Assembly (NCBI GenBank): GCA_965248435.1
Contig: OZ252100.1
Span: 3,552,001-3,616,000 of the forward strand
DNA: 64,000 nucleotides
Source of the DNA: Candidatus Latescibacterota bacterium
Lineage (GTDB): Bacteria; Latescibacterota; UBA2968; GCA-2709665
Reading direction: 5' to 3'
The translations under genes and the position numbers were made by a program. Under the pieces are notes generated by a model that saw only the letters and a list, made by a program, of their open reading frames with translations, did no database searches and was not told the DNA's origin. The number at the start of each line of letters is the position of its first letter. Positions within the stretch are counted from its first letter, which is position 1. Shown piece by piece: positions 19,369-29,503 of this stretch.

Positions 19369-19851
19369 GTGAACGCTACGCTGAAGAATGGCAGTTCGAT
19401 CACGATTCGTTCCACGAGAGAGGATGACGGGGACGCATTGGGCCGGATGCACGAAGCGTGCTCGGAGCGCACCTACCAGACCTTTCATCCTTACCCACTT
19501 ACTTATGAATCGGGTATGGAGGTGGCGGCCAATGAGGATATCCTCTGCTTCATCGCCTTCGGTAGCGAGAGTGAAGCGGTCGGTTACAGCTGGATTCGCC
19601 ACAAGAGAGATGTTCCGTCGCTGGGTGTCTGCGTTCGCGACGGATGGCAGGGCCTGGGCGTCGGCCGTCTGCTTACGGAACGAGCGATCGCATGCGCGAG
19701 GGATCTGAAGAGAGAAGGGGTCCGTTTGACGGTGGTCAAGGAGAACGTGATCGGTGTTACGCTTTACAAGAGCCTTGGGTTCGTCGTGGACGGCGGGTTC
19801 ACGAACGATTGGGGACCGTCGCATCGCATGACGTTGAGGTTTGATCACTAG
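19369..19851 (+). CDS. GNAT N-acetyltransferase
   Basis: VRDGWQGLGVG acetyl-CoA motif; N..GVTLYKSLGF. Confidence 0.88.
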   Translation: MNATLKNGSSITIRSTREDDGDALGRMHEACSERTYQTFHPYPLTYESGMEVAANEDILCFIAFGSESEAVGYSWIRHKRDVPSLGVCVRDGWQGLGVGRLLTERAIACARDLKREGVRLTVVKENVIGVTLYKSLGFVVDGGFTNDWGPSHRMTLRFDH

Positions 19852-19868
19852 GATTGGAGGCGAACTTC

Positions 19869-20915
19869 ATGATCGTGAAAAAAGCCGATGACCTTCGCGA
19901 CCTGGTCAGGAGGATCTTCCTGGCTGCAGGTGCGGATGAGCGAAATGCGAGCGGAGTGGCCGAGCATCTCGTTCTTGCGAACCTGAGCGGCGTGGATACG
20001 CACGGCGTGATTCAAATTGGAGGTTACGTAGATTTCATCCGGAAGGAGCAGATCGTTCCCACGGCCTGGCCGGAGATCATCAAGGAGGGGCCAACGAGTG
20101 CGCTCGTTTCCGGAAACTGGACGTTCGGCCAGATAGCGGCGAAGTACACGATGGAGGTCGTGATTCAGAAGGCAAAGGAACAGGGCGTTGCCGTGGGGGG
20201 ACTGGTACAGTCTTACCACATCGGGAGGCTGGGTCATTTTGTGGAGATGGCGGCGCCTGAGGGTTTGATCGCGATGGTCTGGGGCGGTGGCTACGGCGCG
20301 GAGTCGCCCGTCGCGGTTCCCTTCGGTGGGAAGGAACGGGTACTGCACACGAATCCACTCTCGTTCGGGTTTCCGTTGAGCGATGGGAATCGGATGATGT
20401 TCGACTTTGCTACGACGGCCATTTCCGGCGTGAAGGTCCGAAACGCCTATCGCAGGAAAGAGACGCTTCCGCCAGGCTGCATCGTTGACAAGGATGGGAA
20501 TCCGAGCACAGACCCGGACGATTTCGAAAACGGAGGGGGTGCGCTTCCTTTCGGCGGCCACAAGGGGTACGCCCTGATGATGGCCTCGGAATACCTGGGT
20601 CGTATCTTCACCGGCGCGGACGCCCACGCGGACCCGAACCGAGGGGGCCCGATCATGAGGCGCCAGGGCGTGACGATGATCGCCTTCAAGGCGGATCAAT
20701 TCCAGGCGTTCGCAGACTATTCGAGCCGGGCCGATGAAATGGTGAAGAGGGTAAGGGAGATCCCGCCGGCTCCAGGTTTCGAGGAGGTGCTGGCACCCGG
20801 GGATCCCGAGGTCCGGACGCGCGCCGCTCGAGGGAAGGAAGGGATTCCGATCGCCGATGACGTTTGGGAGGAGATTGTGGAAACCGCTCGATCCTTGAAC
20901 GTCGACATCGACTAG
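19869..20915 (+). CDS. Ldh_2 family (malate/L-lactate/L-sulfolactate) dehydrogenase, copy 1
   Basis: GVDTHG, HIGRLG, TNPLS, FDFAT, PFGGHKGY; GGAGG RBS before ATG 19869. Confidence 0.9.
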   Translation: MIVKKADDLRDLVRRIFLAAGADERNASGVAEHLVLANLSGVDTHGVIQIGGYVDFIRKEQIVPTAWPEIIKEGPTSALVSGNWTFGQIAAKYTMEVVIQKAKEQGVAVGGLVQSYHIGRLGHFVEMAAPEGLIAMVWGGGYGAESPVAVPFGGKERVLHTNPLSFGFPLSDGNRMMFDFATTAISGVKVRNAYRRKETLPPGCIVDKDGNPSTDPDDFENGGGALPFGGHKGYALMMASEYLGRIFTGADAHADPNRGGPIMRRQGVTMIAFKADQFQAFADYSSRADEMVKRVREIPPAPGFEEVLAPGDPEVRTRAARGKEGIPIADDVWEEIVETARSLNVDID

Positions 20916-20935
20916 CTGACAGGAGTGAGACTCCG

Positions 20936-21628
20936 ATGCGCGATAACCTTCCGTCCGAAGTCCTGGAGTCGTTGGGCCGGATCGACAGCGCGACGGTCGC
21001 CAATGCGATCGAACACTTCAAGGTTCGAGATCCGGTCACGGGCTACGCATCGATGGAGCTGGGCTGTCAGTTCCCCGATCTGAAGCCGATGGTCGGCTAC
21101 GCCGTCACCTGCACTGCGGATACGACGACGCCGGGAGATGACCGGCCGATGCGGATGCATGAGCTGCTGGATGCCATCCACGAGGCGTCGAAGCCGGCGG
21201 TGCTTGTCGTTCAATATGCAGGAAACGACCGGATGCGAAGCTGCAAGGCGGGAGACATGTTTTGTACGGCGCTTCAGAAGCTGGGGGTGGTGGGCCTGGT
21301 TACCGACATGGGGAACCGTGACTTGAAGGGCATTCAGGAGCGCGCACCGGGCTTTCAGGTGTTTTGTCCGGGTGTGGTTGTCTCTCACGGATACGGCGTC
21401 TATGTCGAGTTCAACACGACGGTTTCGGTCTGTGGTTTGACGGTAAGTCCCGGGGATCTGGTGCACGGGGATGACAACGGGGTCGTGCGGGTGCCCCTGG
21501 AGGTGGCGGAGCGGGTGGTCGAGCGTGCCAGAGAGGTGCAGAAGGAGGAGGCGGCCTATTTCGATTTCATGCGGAGCGATTCGTATAGCTACGAGGGGTT
21601 GAAGCAGCGCCTCGGGCGTAAAGATTGA
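20936..21628 (+). CDS. RraA/HMG aldolase family protein
   Basis: SATVANAIE, PMVGYAVT, GLVTDMGNRD, V.PGDLVHGDDNGV. Confidence 0.85.
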   Translation: MRDNLPSEVLESLGRIDSATVANAIEHFKVRDPVTGYASMELGCQFPDLKPMVGYAVTCTADTTTPGDDRPMRMHELLDAIHEASKPAVLVVQYAGNDRMRSCKAGDMFCTALQKLGVVGLVTDMGNRDLKGIQERAPGFQVFCPGVVVSHGYGVYVEFNTTVSVCGLTVSPGDLVHGDDNGVVRVPLEVAERVVERAREVQKEEAAYFDFMRSDSYSYEGLKQRLGRKD

Positions 21629-21639
21629 GGAGTTTCACG

Positions 21640-22514
21640 ATGGCTGGATTGAAATACTCAATCGTCGTGGATACGCTGGCGACGTTTGGGCTCAGCATCT
21701 GGGAGAAACCGCGCGAGGTGCTCGAGATGGTGGCGAACGCGGGATACGACGCCGTAGACTTCACCGCGGAACCCGACCGGATCGATCTAAAGGTCTATCG
21801 GGAGATCGCGGGCCCAGGTCCCTGGGTCTGGAAGTCGCAGCGCTGCTTGGAGCGTGGGCGACCTGGCACGCGGGGGAGCCAAGAGACCTGGCGTCGACGG
21901 ACGAAGAGGTCAGACGCCACGCGGTCGGCTATGCCTATAAATGCACTGAACTGGCAGCGGAGCTGAGTGTGCCGGTCTATGAGATCTGTTGTTGTGCCGC
22001 GGTACCGAAGTTTCCGGTTCCTGATGAGCCTATCAGTACAATCAGGAAAGGTTTCGTTGAGTCGGCTCGAGAGATCAGTCGCCAAGCGGCCGAGCGGGGT
22101 GTGAGGGTGGCTATGGAACCGGTCAACCGCTTCGAGGGCTATGCGGGGTTTATGAACAGCGTGGTTGATGCGGTGAGCGTGGCCGAAGAGGTCGACGCGG
22201 ACAACCTGGGGGTGATGGTGGACTTCTTCCACGCAAACATCGAAGATGTCTCGGTTCCCGATACGATTAAGCAGGCGGGTCAGAGGCTGATGTTGATCCA
22301 TCTGGCCGATAGCAACCGCCAGATGCCTGGCACGGGGCATATCGATTTCACTCGAGTGATCAGGGAACTCGGCGCGATAGACTTCCAGGGCTACCTTGCC
22401 CTGGATTGTCTGCCAGCCAGGCCTGACGCCAAGACCTATTTGGAGGACTCCATAGGCTACATGAAACAACTGGAGCAGATCGTTGGGCTGCAACAGAGGT
22501 TATACGGGGGCTGA
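21640..22514 (+). pseudogene. Sugar-phosphate isomerase/epimerase (TIM barrel) frameshifted near 21810; probably a sequencing error
   Basis: First frame MAGLKYS..YREIAG; second frame continues RSLGLEVAALLGAW..EPVNRFE..DFFH..HLADSNR. Confidence 0.75.
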
Positions 22515-22549
22515 GATTGTGAGCACGAAACGGGTCTTGAGGGGATTAC

Positions 22550-23602
22550 ATGATCGTTAAACCTGCAGATGAACTGAGTGATTTGGTTGAGAAAATCTTC
22601 GTGGCTGCAGGTGCCGACGACGGGAACGCGAAGGTCGTCGCGGATCACCTGGTCCTGGCCAGCCTCAGCGGTGTGGATTCACACGGCGTGATAAAGGTGC
22701 CGAATTATATCGATTATGTGAAGAAGGGTGAGATCGTTCCGGACGCGAAGCCGGAGGTGCTGAGTGAGGGCCCAACCCGGGTCCTGGTGAAAGGCAACTG
22801 GACATTCGGCCACGTCGCGGCGGAGTTCGCGATGCGGGAGGGTATCGAGAAGGCCAGGTCTTCCGGGGTTGTGACCGTGGGCATCGTGGAGGCTCACCAC
22901 ATGGGTCGCATGGGGCATTTTACAGAGCTGGCGGCTTCAGAAGGGATGATCTCCATGGTCTGGATGGGAGGTCAGGGTGAGGACAACGGATTCGCGGTCC
23001 CTCACGGGGGGCGCGAACGCGCGAGCGGCCTCCACACGAACCCCATCTCCCTCGGGTTTCCGGCCGGAGACGGATGGCCGATGATGTTCGATTATGCGAC
23101 GACTCAGGTTGCGGGAACGAAGGTCTTGCTCGCGCGCGACCGCGGCGAGGCGCTGCCGCCAGGCTGTATCGTGGACAAGGCGGGGAACCCGAGCACCGAC
23201 CCGAACGATTTCTTTACCGGAGGCGGGATGCTCCCCTTCGGGGGGCACAAGGGATACGCGATGATGATGGCCACCGAGTTTCTGGGTCGCATCTTCACTG
23301 GGGCTGACGCCTTCTCCGAAACAGACCACGGTGGTGTCGTTTTTCGGCACCAGGGCGTTTCGATGATCGTCTTCCGGGCTGACCTCTTTCAGTCTTTCGA
23401 TAGCTATGAGGGGCGCGCGGAGGAGACGAGACACCGGGTCAGGTCGGTCGCGCCCGCCCCTGGGTTCGATGAGGTACTGGCGCCGGGTGATCTGGAGGGT
23501 CGAACACGGGTCACCCGTCAGCGGGACGGAATTCCTCTACGTGATGACGTCTGGGAGAAGATCGCAGAGACGGCCGAGTCGCTTGGCGTAGCAGTGGATT
23601 GA
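22550..23602 (+). CDS. Ldh_2 family dehydrogenase, copy 2
   Basis: Paralog of 19869..20915; GVDSHG, HTNPIS, PFGGHKGY. Confidence 0.9.
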   Translation: MIVKPADELSDLVEKIFVAAGADDGNAKVVADHLVLASLSGVDSHGVIKVPNYIDYVKKGEIVPDAKPEVLSEGPTRVLVKGNWTFGHVAAEFAMREGIEKARSSGVVTVGIVEAHHMGRMGHFTELAASEGMISMVWMGGQGEDNGFAVPHGGRERASGLHTNPISLGFPAGDGWPMMFDYATTQVAGTKVLLARDRGEALPPGCIVDKAGNPSTDPNDFFTGGGMLPFGGHKGYAMMMATEFLGRIFTGADAFSETDHGGVVFRHQGVSMIVFRADLFQSFDSYEGRAEETRHRVRSVAPAPGFDEVLAPGDLEGRTRVTRQRDGIPLRDDVWEKIAETAESLGVAVD

Positions 23603-23624
23603 AAAGCGGGTGAAGCACATTGCG

Positions 23625-23653
23625 GTAGAGACGCCCCGCCGGGCCGCCTCTAC
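23625..23653. repeat. GTAG-type REP palindrome
   Basis: gtagagacgccccgccgggccgcctctac; better-conserved copies at 41082 and 63589. Confidence 0.75.
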
Positions 23654-23668
23654 AGGTTAGGTATTCTG

Positions 23669-24478
23669 GTGATGGAATTATTGAAGGAAAAAATCTCGGT
23701 GGTTACTGGCGCGGGCCGGGGTATCGGGCGTGCCGTGGCCATCGGTATGGCGAATGAGGGGGCTACCGTCGTCCTGTCTGCGCGCAGCGCGGACGAGATA
23801 GAGGACGCTGCGGAAGAGATCCGCTCGAAGGGCGGACGCGCGCTGGCTGTTCAGGCCGACGTGGCGCAGCAGGAGAGCGTAGACGCCCTGTTCGAAAGGG
23901 TCGGGAAGGAGCTGGGAGACGCGGAAATCCTCGTGAACAATGCAGCCATCATAAGCAAGGAGATCGGCCTCCTGTGGGAGCTCGATCCGAACGACTGGCT
24001 GGACATGTTCAACGTGAACGTGATCGGGATGGTCCGGTGCGCCCGTGCGGTGCTTCCATCAATGATCGAGAAGCGATACGGCAAGATCATCATCGTGGGG
24101 TCGATCGCGGGTTACAAGGAAGGCTGGGCGCTGCGAAGTCACTCTCAGATGGGCTACGCGTTGACGAAGGCGGCGGCAAACCACTTCAGCAAGGTCCTCT
24201 CCGCCCAGGTCAGGAATTACGGCATCAATGTCAACTGTATCGGGGTAGGCGCGCACACGCGCCTGGGGTTTGCTGCGCGCCAAGAACTTGCGAGGAAGCG
24301 GGGCCAGCCTCCTCCCCCGAGTCCGGAAGCGCGACCCGACGAGGAACGCATAGAGCCAGAAGAAAACGTACCGCCGTTCATCTTTCTGGCGTCTCATCTT
24401 GCCGATCACATTACAGGAGAGTATATCGAGGCCAACATGATGACGGATGGCCAACGCAGAGGAATCAAAAGCCCGTAA
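23669..24478 (+). CDS. Short-chain dehydrogenase/reductase
   Basis: TGAGRGIG, VNNAA, YALTK. Confidence 0.9.
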   Translation: MMELLKEKISVVTGAGRGIGRAVAIGMANEGATVVLSARSADEIEDAAEEIRSKGGRALAVQADVAQQESVDALFERVGKELGDAEILVNNAAIISKEIGLLWELDPNDWLDMFNVNVIGMVRCARAVLPSMIEKRYGKIIIVGSIAGYKEGWALRSHSQMGYALTKAAANHFSKVLSAQVRNYGINVNCIGVGAHTRLGFAARQELARKRGQPPPPSPEARPDEERIEPEENVPPFIFLASHLADHITGEYIEANMMTDGQRRGIKSP

Positions 24479-24479
24479 G

Positions 24480-24584
24480 GGGATTGCGGATTGCGGAGTG
24501 GGGATTGCGGAATAAAAGGCGGAAGGGCTGGTCTAAAACGCGTATTGGTTTCCATCCGCAATCCGAAATCGCAAATCCGCAATT
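24480..24584. repeat. Inverted pair of heptamer tracts (GATTGCG)n ... (CGCAATC)n
   Basis: ggattgcggattgcggagtggggattgcggaat (24481-24513) and tccgcaatccgaaatcgcaaatccgcaatt (24555-24584). Confidence 0.75.
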
Positions 24585-24597
24585 GAATGAGGCCGCT

Positions 24598-25818
24598 ATG
24601 AAATCACAGCGACATTTCTTCCAGAATGCCTCAGGAGAAAAGCTCGGGGCGCGTTTGGATTTTCCCGATGGCGGGAGCTCGCGTGCCTGCGCCTTGTTCG
24701 CCCACTGCTTCACCTGCTCCAAAAACCTGAAGGCAGTGGGGAACATCAGTCAGGCACTCACTGAGGAAGGGATCGCCGTGCTCCGGTTCGATTTTACGGG
24801 CCTGGGAGAGAGCGAGGGGGATTTCGCGGATACGAATTTCTCTTCCAACGTGGCGGACCTGATTTCTGCGGCCGATTTTTTGAAATCGGAATTGGACGCC
24901 CCGAGGATCCTGATCGGGCATTCACTCGGAGGCGCTGCCGTGCTGCAGGCTGCTGCCGACATTCCGTCTGTCCTGGCAGTGGCGACGATCGGGGCGCCGG
25001 CTGAGCCGTCGCACGTGACCCGCCTCCTGGAAAGCGAGCGAGCGACGATTGAAGCGGAAGGCGAGGCCGAGGTCAACCTGGCAGGGAGGACGTTCAGGAT
25101 CAAGAAGCAGTTCCTGGATGACCTGGACCGTGCACGAATGACAGAACGGATCCGTGATCTCAAACGGGCGCTGATGATCTTTCACTCGCCTGTGGACGAT
25201 ACGGTGGGCATCGACAATGCGGGCGAGATCTTTCAGGCAGCACGACATCCCAAGAGTTTCGTATCTCTGGACGCGGCGGACCACCTCCTGCTGGACGAGC
25301 GGGATTCGCGTTATGTGGGCTCTGTGATCTCTGCCTGGGCGAGCAAGTATATCGAGCACCCGGCTCCCCGAGAAGAGGAGATACCGGCATCGGAGGGTTG
25401 GGTCACGGTGCAAACAGGGGCGACCGGCTACAGGACAGATATTCGATCCGACGGCCATCGCCTGGTCGCGGATGAACCCGTTGGGTATGGCGGAACGGAC
25501 ACGGGACCCAGCCCGTACGACTACCTGTCCGTCGCCCTGGGTTCGTGTACTTCGATTACGCTTCGGATGTACGCAGACCGAAAGGGCTGGCCGCTTGATC
25601 GGATTCGCGTGCGACTGCGGCACCAGAAGATCCACGCCGAGGACTGCTCGGCGTGCGAGACGGAGACCGGGTTGGTCGACCGGATCGAACGCGAGATCGA
25701 TCTCTCGGGTCCTCTGGATGATCTGCAGCGCAGGCGGCTGATCGAGATCGCCGACCGATGTCCAGTCCATCGAACGCTACATTCGGAGGTTTCCGTAGAG
25801 ACTCACCTGAAAAGGTGA
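24598..25818 (+). CDS. Bifunctional alpha/beta hydrolase - OsmC family protein
   Basis: FAHCFTC, GHSLGG, ADHLL; OsmC part ADEP..GG..GPSPY..LGSCT..ADRCPVHRTL. Confidence 0.92.
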   Translation: MKSQRHFFQNASGEKLGARLDFPDGGSSRACALFAHCFTCSKNLKAVGNISQALTEEGIAVLRFDFTGLGESEGDFADTNFSSNVADLISAADFLKSELDAPRILIGHSLGGAAVLQAAADIPSVLAVATIGAPAEPSHVTRLLESERATIEAEGEAEVNLAGRTFRIKKQFLDDLDRARMTERIRDLKRALMIFHSPVDDTVGIDNAGEIFQAARHPKSFVSLDAADHLLLDERDSRYVGSVISAWASKYIEHPAPREEEIPASEGWVTVQTGATGYRTDIRSDGHRLVADEPVGYGGTDTGPSPYDYLSVALGSCTSITLRMYADRKGWPLDRIRVRLRHQKIHAEDCSACETETGLVDRIEREIDLSGPLDDLQRRRLIEIADRCPVHRTLHSEVSVETHLKR

Positions 25819-25836
25819 TCCAGGCGGAGCCACACC

Positions 25837-26340
25837 ATGACCAGGGAAGCGGCCTACTGGATCGAGAAGCTGAGCCTCAAACCCCATCCTGAAGGTGGAT
25901 ACTTCCGGGAGGTCTACCGATCGAAAGAAACGATTCCAGCGGGGGCACTTCCAGACCGGTTCGATGGAGATCGGACGTTTTCGACCGCGATCTATTTTCT
26001 GCTCGAAAGTGACCAGATCTCTGCCTTCCACCGCATCAAGTCGGACGAGGTGTGGCATTTTTATTCCGGGTCATCTTTGACTATACATATTATAGATGAC
26101 CAAGGGGGCTACGTTCAGCAAGGACTGGGAGGAAATCTGGAGGCGGACGAGAGTTTTCAGGCGATCATCCCCGCCGGATCGTGGTACGGGGCTTCGGTGA
26201 ATACCCCCGATTCCTATTCGCTGGTCGGCGGGACGGTGGCTCCAGGATTCGACTTCGCTGACTTCGAGCTGGCCAAAAGGGATGAGCTACTAAGAAACTA
26301 TCCGGGGCACGGCGAGATTATCGAGCGATTGACGACGTGA
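25837..26340 (+). CDS. Cupin_5 (DUF985) protein
   Basis: PHPEGGYFRE, TAIYFLL, FHRIKSDEVWHFY, VAPGFDFADF. Confidence 0.9.
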   Translation: MTREAAYWIEKLSLKPHPEGGYFREVYRSKETIPAGALPDRFDGDRTFSTAIYFLLESDQISAFHRIKSDEVWHFYSGSSLTIHIIDDQGGYVQQGLGGNLEADESFQAIIPAGSWYGASVNTPDSYSLVGGTVAPGFDFADFELAKRDELLRNYPGHGEIIERLTT

Positions 26341-26401
26341 GCTTTTATATTGTGCGCAAGACTAAAGTCGGACGAGAGTCGAGCCTTGCAGGGAAGGGGT
26401 T

Positions 26402-27346
26402 ATGACGAGGGTGGGGATCGTCAGCCACACGGATTATTTGAAGCACGACACAGGGCCCGGGCACCCGGAGCGGCCGGACAGACTCCGGGCGATCCACGGA
26501 CGCCTGGACGAGACAGGTCTTGCCCAGGACCTTGACCCGATCGTCCCCAGATCGGTCGAGCAATCGTGGCTGGAGGCCGTCCACGCGCGAGCGCACGTAG
26601 ACAACGTCAGGTCATTGTGTGAGAAGGGTGCCCCGCACATGGGCGATGGGGAGACGACGATCTGTCCCCCTTCGTTCGACATCGCATCCCTTGCAGTCGG
26701 TGGGACCTTCGAAGCGGTAGACGCGGTGATGGGAGACCGGGTTGACTCCGTTTTCTGTGCGGTAAGGCCGCCGGGTCACCACGCTGAGCGAGACAGGGCG
26801 ATGGGGTTCTGTCTGTTCAACAATGTGGCGATTACGGCTCGCTACATCCAGAAGACCCACGAACTGGAGCGTGTGCTGATCATCGACTGGGACGTCCATC
26901 ACGGGAATGGCACTCAGCACATTTTTGACAGAGATCCGACCGTTTTCTATTTCAGCATCCATCAGTATCCCCACTATCCTGGGACCGGCGACTCGAATGA
27001 GATTGGAATTGACGAGGGTGAGGGGACGACGCTGAACGTTCCGGTCGGCGCAGGGTCTGGGGATTCTGAATATCTCGATGCCTTCAGGGAGCGTCTGCTT
27101 CCCGCTGCAGAGGAATTCCAACCTGAGTTCGTAATTATCTCCGCGGGCTTCGATGCACACAGAGATGATCCTTTGTCGGGAACGCGTGTAACGGAGGCAG
27201 GGTTTGGAGAGATGACCCAATTCGTCCTTCAGATTGTAAGAGATTTCGCCGAGGGCCGTCTGATCTCTGTCCTGGAGGGAGGTTACAACCTGGACAGCCT
27301 TTCCAGGAGCCTGGAGACACACCTGCGGACGCTGCTGGAGGCTTGA
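26402..27346 (+). CDS. Zn-dependent histone deacetylase family protein
   Basis: HPERPDRL, RPPGHHA, GFCLFNN, DWDVHHGNGTQ, GFDAH, LEGGY. Confidence 0.95.
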   Translation: MTRVGIVSHTDYLKHDTGPGHPERPDRLRAIHGRLDETGLAQDLDPIVPRSVEQSWLEAVHARAHVDNVRSLCEKGAPHMGDGETTICPPSFDIASLAVGGTFEAVDAVMGDRVDSVFCAVRPPGHHAERDRAMGFCLFNNVAITARYIQKTHELERVLIIDWDVHHGNGTQHIFDRDPTVFYFSIHQYPHYPGTGDSNEIGIDEGEGTTLNVPVGAGSGDSEYLDAFRERLLPAAEEFQPEFVIISAGFDAHRDDPLSGTRVTEAGFGEMTQFVLQIVRDFAEGRLISVLEGGYNLDSLSRSLETHLRTLLEA

Positions 27347-28218
27347 GGATGGGACCGCAGGGCGAAATCGTGGTTGCGTTTCAGGGGGAGATGGGGGCCT
27401 TCAGCGAAGCTGCTGCTCGGGCATACTTTCACGAAGCAGTGGCCGTTGTTCCCCATCCGAGCTTTTTCAAACTTTTCGAGGCCGTCGAAGGTGGGCGCTG
27501 TACGCACGGGGTCGTTCCCATCGAGAACTCACTTGCAGGGAGCATTCACGAGAATTACGACCTGCTGCTGAAACACAACCTTCAAATCGTGGGCGAACTC
27601 AAGCTGAGGGTTGTGCATAATCTGATCGTGAATCACGGCGTGAAGCTTGAAGAGGTCAGGAGAATTTTTTCTCATCCGCAGGCGCTCGCTCAATGCAGCG
27701 ATTTCATAAAGGGCCTGGCGGACGCCGACGCGATCGTAGACTACGACACGGCCGGGGCGGTTAAGCGCATCAAGGAATCAGGCACTCGAGCGGCGGCTTC
27801 CATCGCAAGCGCGCAGGCGGCCCTCGACTACAATCTCGAGATCTTGAGGCCGCGTATCGAGAACAACCACCAAAATTTCACCCGGTTTCTTGTAGTGGCG
27901 ATGGAAGCAGTGAAACCGGAAGGTCCCGCAAAGACCTCGATCGTGTATGCGCTCAAGAACGAGCCGGGTGTTCTATTCAGAAGTCTTGGAGCGTTTGAAG
28001 CCAGAAATATCAACCTTCTCAAGATTGAATCGCGGCCGCTAGATGGACGGCCCTGGGAGTACGCATTCTATCTCGATTTCTCAGGAGACCTGGAGGAGGA
28101 GAGCGGCGTGCAGGCGATACAAGAACTGAGAGAGATGGCGACTTTCCTGAAGATCCTGGGTTCCTACGCTCAGGGAGAGACCGTTGAAGGGAAAGTGAGA
28201 CAAAAGGGGGTTTCGTGA
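27343..28218 (+). CDS. pheA: Prephenate dehydratase with ACT domain
   Basis: FQGEMGAFSE, PIENS, SHPQALAQC, NFTRF, KIESRP. Confidence 0.93.
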   Translation: MRMGPQGEIVVAFQGEMGAFSEAAARAYFHEAVAVVPHPSFFKLFEAVEGGRCTHGVVPIENSLAGSIHENYDLLLKHNLQIVGELKLRVVHNLIVNHGVKLEEVRRIFSHPQALAQCSDFIKGLADADAIVDYDTAGAVKRIKESGTRAAASIASAQAALDYNLEILRPRIENNHQNFTRFLVVAMEAVKPEGPAKTSIVYALKNEPGVLFRSLGAFEARNINLLKIESRPLDGRPWEYAFYLDFSGDLEEESGVQAIQELREMATFLKILGSYAQGETVEGKVRQKGVS

Positions 28219-29384
28219 TGAATTTCGCTGACAGGTTATCCTTGCTGGGCACCGAGACGGCATTCGAAGTACTTGTCAAGGCTCGAGCGCTCGAGGCCGA
28301 GGGAAGGGACGTCGTTCACCTGGAGATCGGTGAGCCCGACTTCGATACACCGAGACATATCATCGAAGCGGGACAGAAGGCCCTGGACGAGGGGTATACC
28401 CACTACGGTCCCTCGGCAGGTCTGCCCGAGCTCCGCCAGGCGATTGCGGAGGACGTCGGGACCCTGCGGGGTACATCTGTGAATCCCGACCAGGTGGTGG
28501 TGACACCGGGCGGCAAGCCGATCATGTTTTTCACGATACTTGCCCTGGCCCAAGAAGGGGATGAAGTCATTTATCCCAACCCGGGGTTTCCGATCTACGA
28601 ATCGGTCATCAAGTTTTCAGGCGCGAAACCCGTGCCCATCCCACTCCAGGAAGAACGGGAATTCGGTCTGGATGTGAATCAGCTGGCAGACCTTGTCACG
28701 GACCGGACGAAACTGATCATCATCAACTCTCCGCAGAACCCGACCGGAGGCGTTCTTGCGAAGGAGGACCTGAAGGCGATCGCGGAGATCGCGGTAAAGC
28801 ATCAGGTGCCGGTGATGGCGGATGAAATCTACTCCCGCATTATTTACGAGGATTTCAACAGCATCTCTGTCTACGAAGGGATGGAAGACCTGACGATTAT
28901 CCTGGACGGTTTCTCGAAGACCTACGCGATGACGGGCTGGAGGATGGGCTACGGTGTTATGCCACTTGACCTGGCCCCGCACGTCACTCGTCTGATGACG
29001 AACAGTAACTCGTGCACGGCCTCGATGACACAGCGCGCGGGGCTTGCGGCGCTTCAAGGGCCTCAGGACGCGGTAGGCGAGATGGCCGCGGAGTTCAAGA
29101 AGAGACGAGATGTCTTCACGGAAGGTTTGAACGCGATTCCAGGCATCAGCTGCACGATTCCCAGAGGGGCATTCTATCTCTTCCCGAACATCACCGGATT
29201 GGGTAAGAGTTCAAAAGAGGTTGCAGATGCCCTGTTGTATGAGGGAGACGTTGCCGCCCTGGCGGGCCCGGATTTCGGAGCTTACGGGGAGGGATATGTC
29301 CGGTTTTCTTACGCCAACTCGATCGAAAACATTCAGAAGGCCCTGGAGCGGATCGCGGATTGCGCGGCAAAGCTGCGAGGATGA
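28218..29384 (+). CDS. Class I/II PLP aminotransferase (aspartate/aromatic type)
   Basis: GEPDF, NSPQNPTG, DEIY, GFSKTYAMTGWRMG; translationally coupled to pheA. Confidence 0.92.
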   Translation: MNFADRLSLLGTETAFEVLVKARALEAEGRDVVHLEIGEPDFDTPRHIIEAGQKALDEGYTHYGPSAGLPELRQAIAEDVGTLRGTSVNPDQVVVTPGGKPIMFFTILALAQEGDEVIYPNPGFPIYESVIKFSGAKPVPIPLQEEREFGLDVNQLADLVTDRTKLIIINSPQNPTGGVLAKEDLKAIAEIAVKHQVPVMADEIYSRIIYEDFNSISVYEGMEDLTIILDGFSKTYAMTGWRMGYGVMPLDLAPHVTRLMTNSNSCTASMTQRAGLAALQGPQDAVGEMAAEFKKRRDVFTEGLNAIPGISCTIPRGAFYLFPNITGLGKSSKEVADALLYEGDVAALAGPDFGAYGEGYVRFSYANSIENIQKALERIADCAAKLRG

Positions 29385-29409
29385 TCGTCCGTATACATCT
29401 TGAAATTAT

Positions 29410-29443
29410 CACCCTCCCGCAGGATGCGGGAGGGTGTTTTTTT
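29410..29443 (+). terminator. Intrinsic terminator
   Basis: caccctcccgca-gga-tgcgggagggtg followed by T7. Confidence 0.85.
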
Positions 29444-29503
29444 GATTACATTTGGAAGAGGAATTTGCGGATTTCCGGCGTCAGAATCGTGAGGAGGTGA
29501 ACC

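Noticed and set aside
21640-22514. Programmed frameshifting or selenocysteine readthrough
   Set aside because: The break is a frame change without a slippery heptamer, not an in-frame TGA; an error is the simpler explanation.
23974-24597. 614-aa ORF suggesting an N-terminally extended hydrolase-OsmC
   Set aside because: The extension overlaps the SDR out of frame and runs through heptamer repeats; family similarity starts at ATG 24598.
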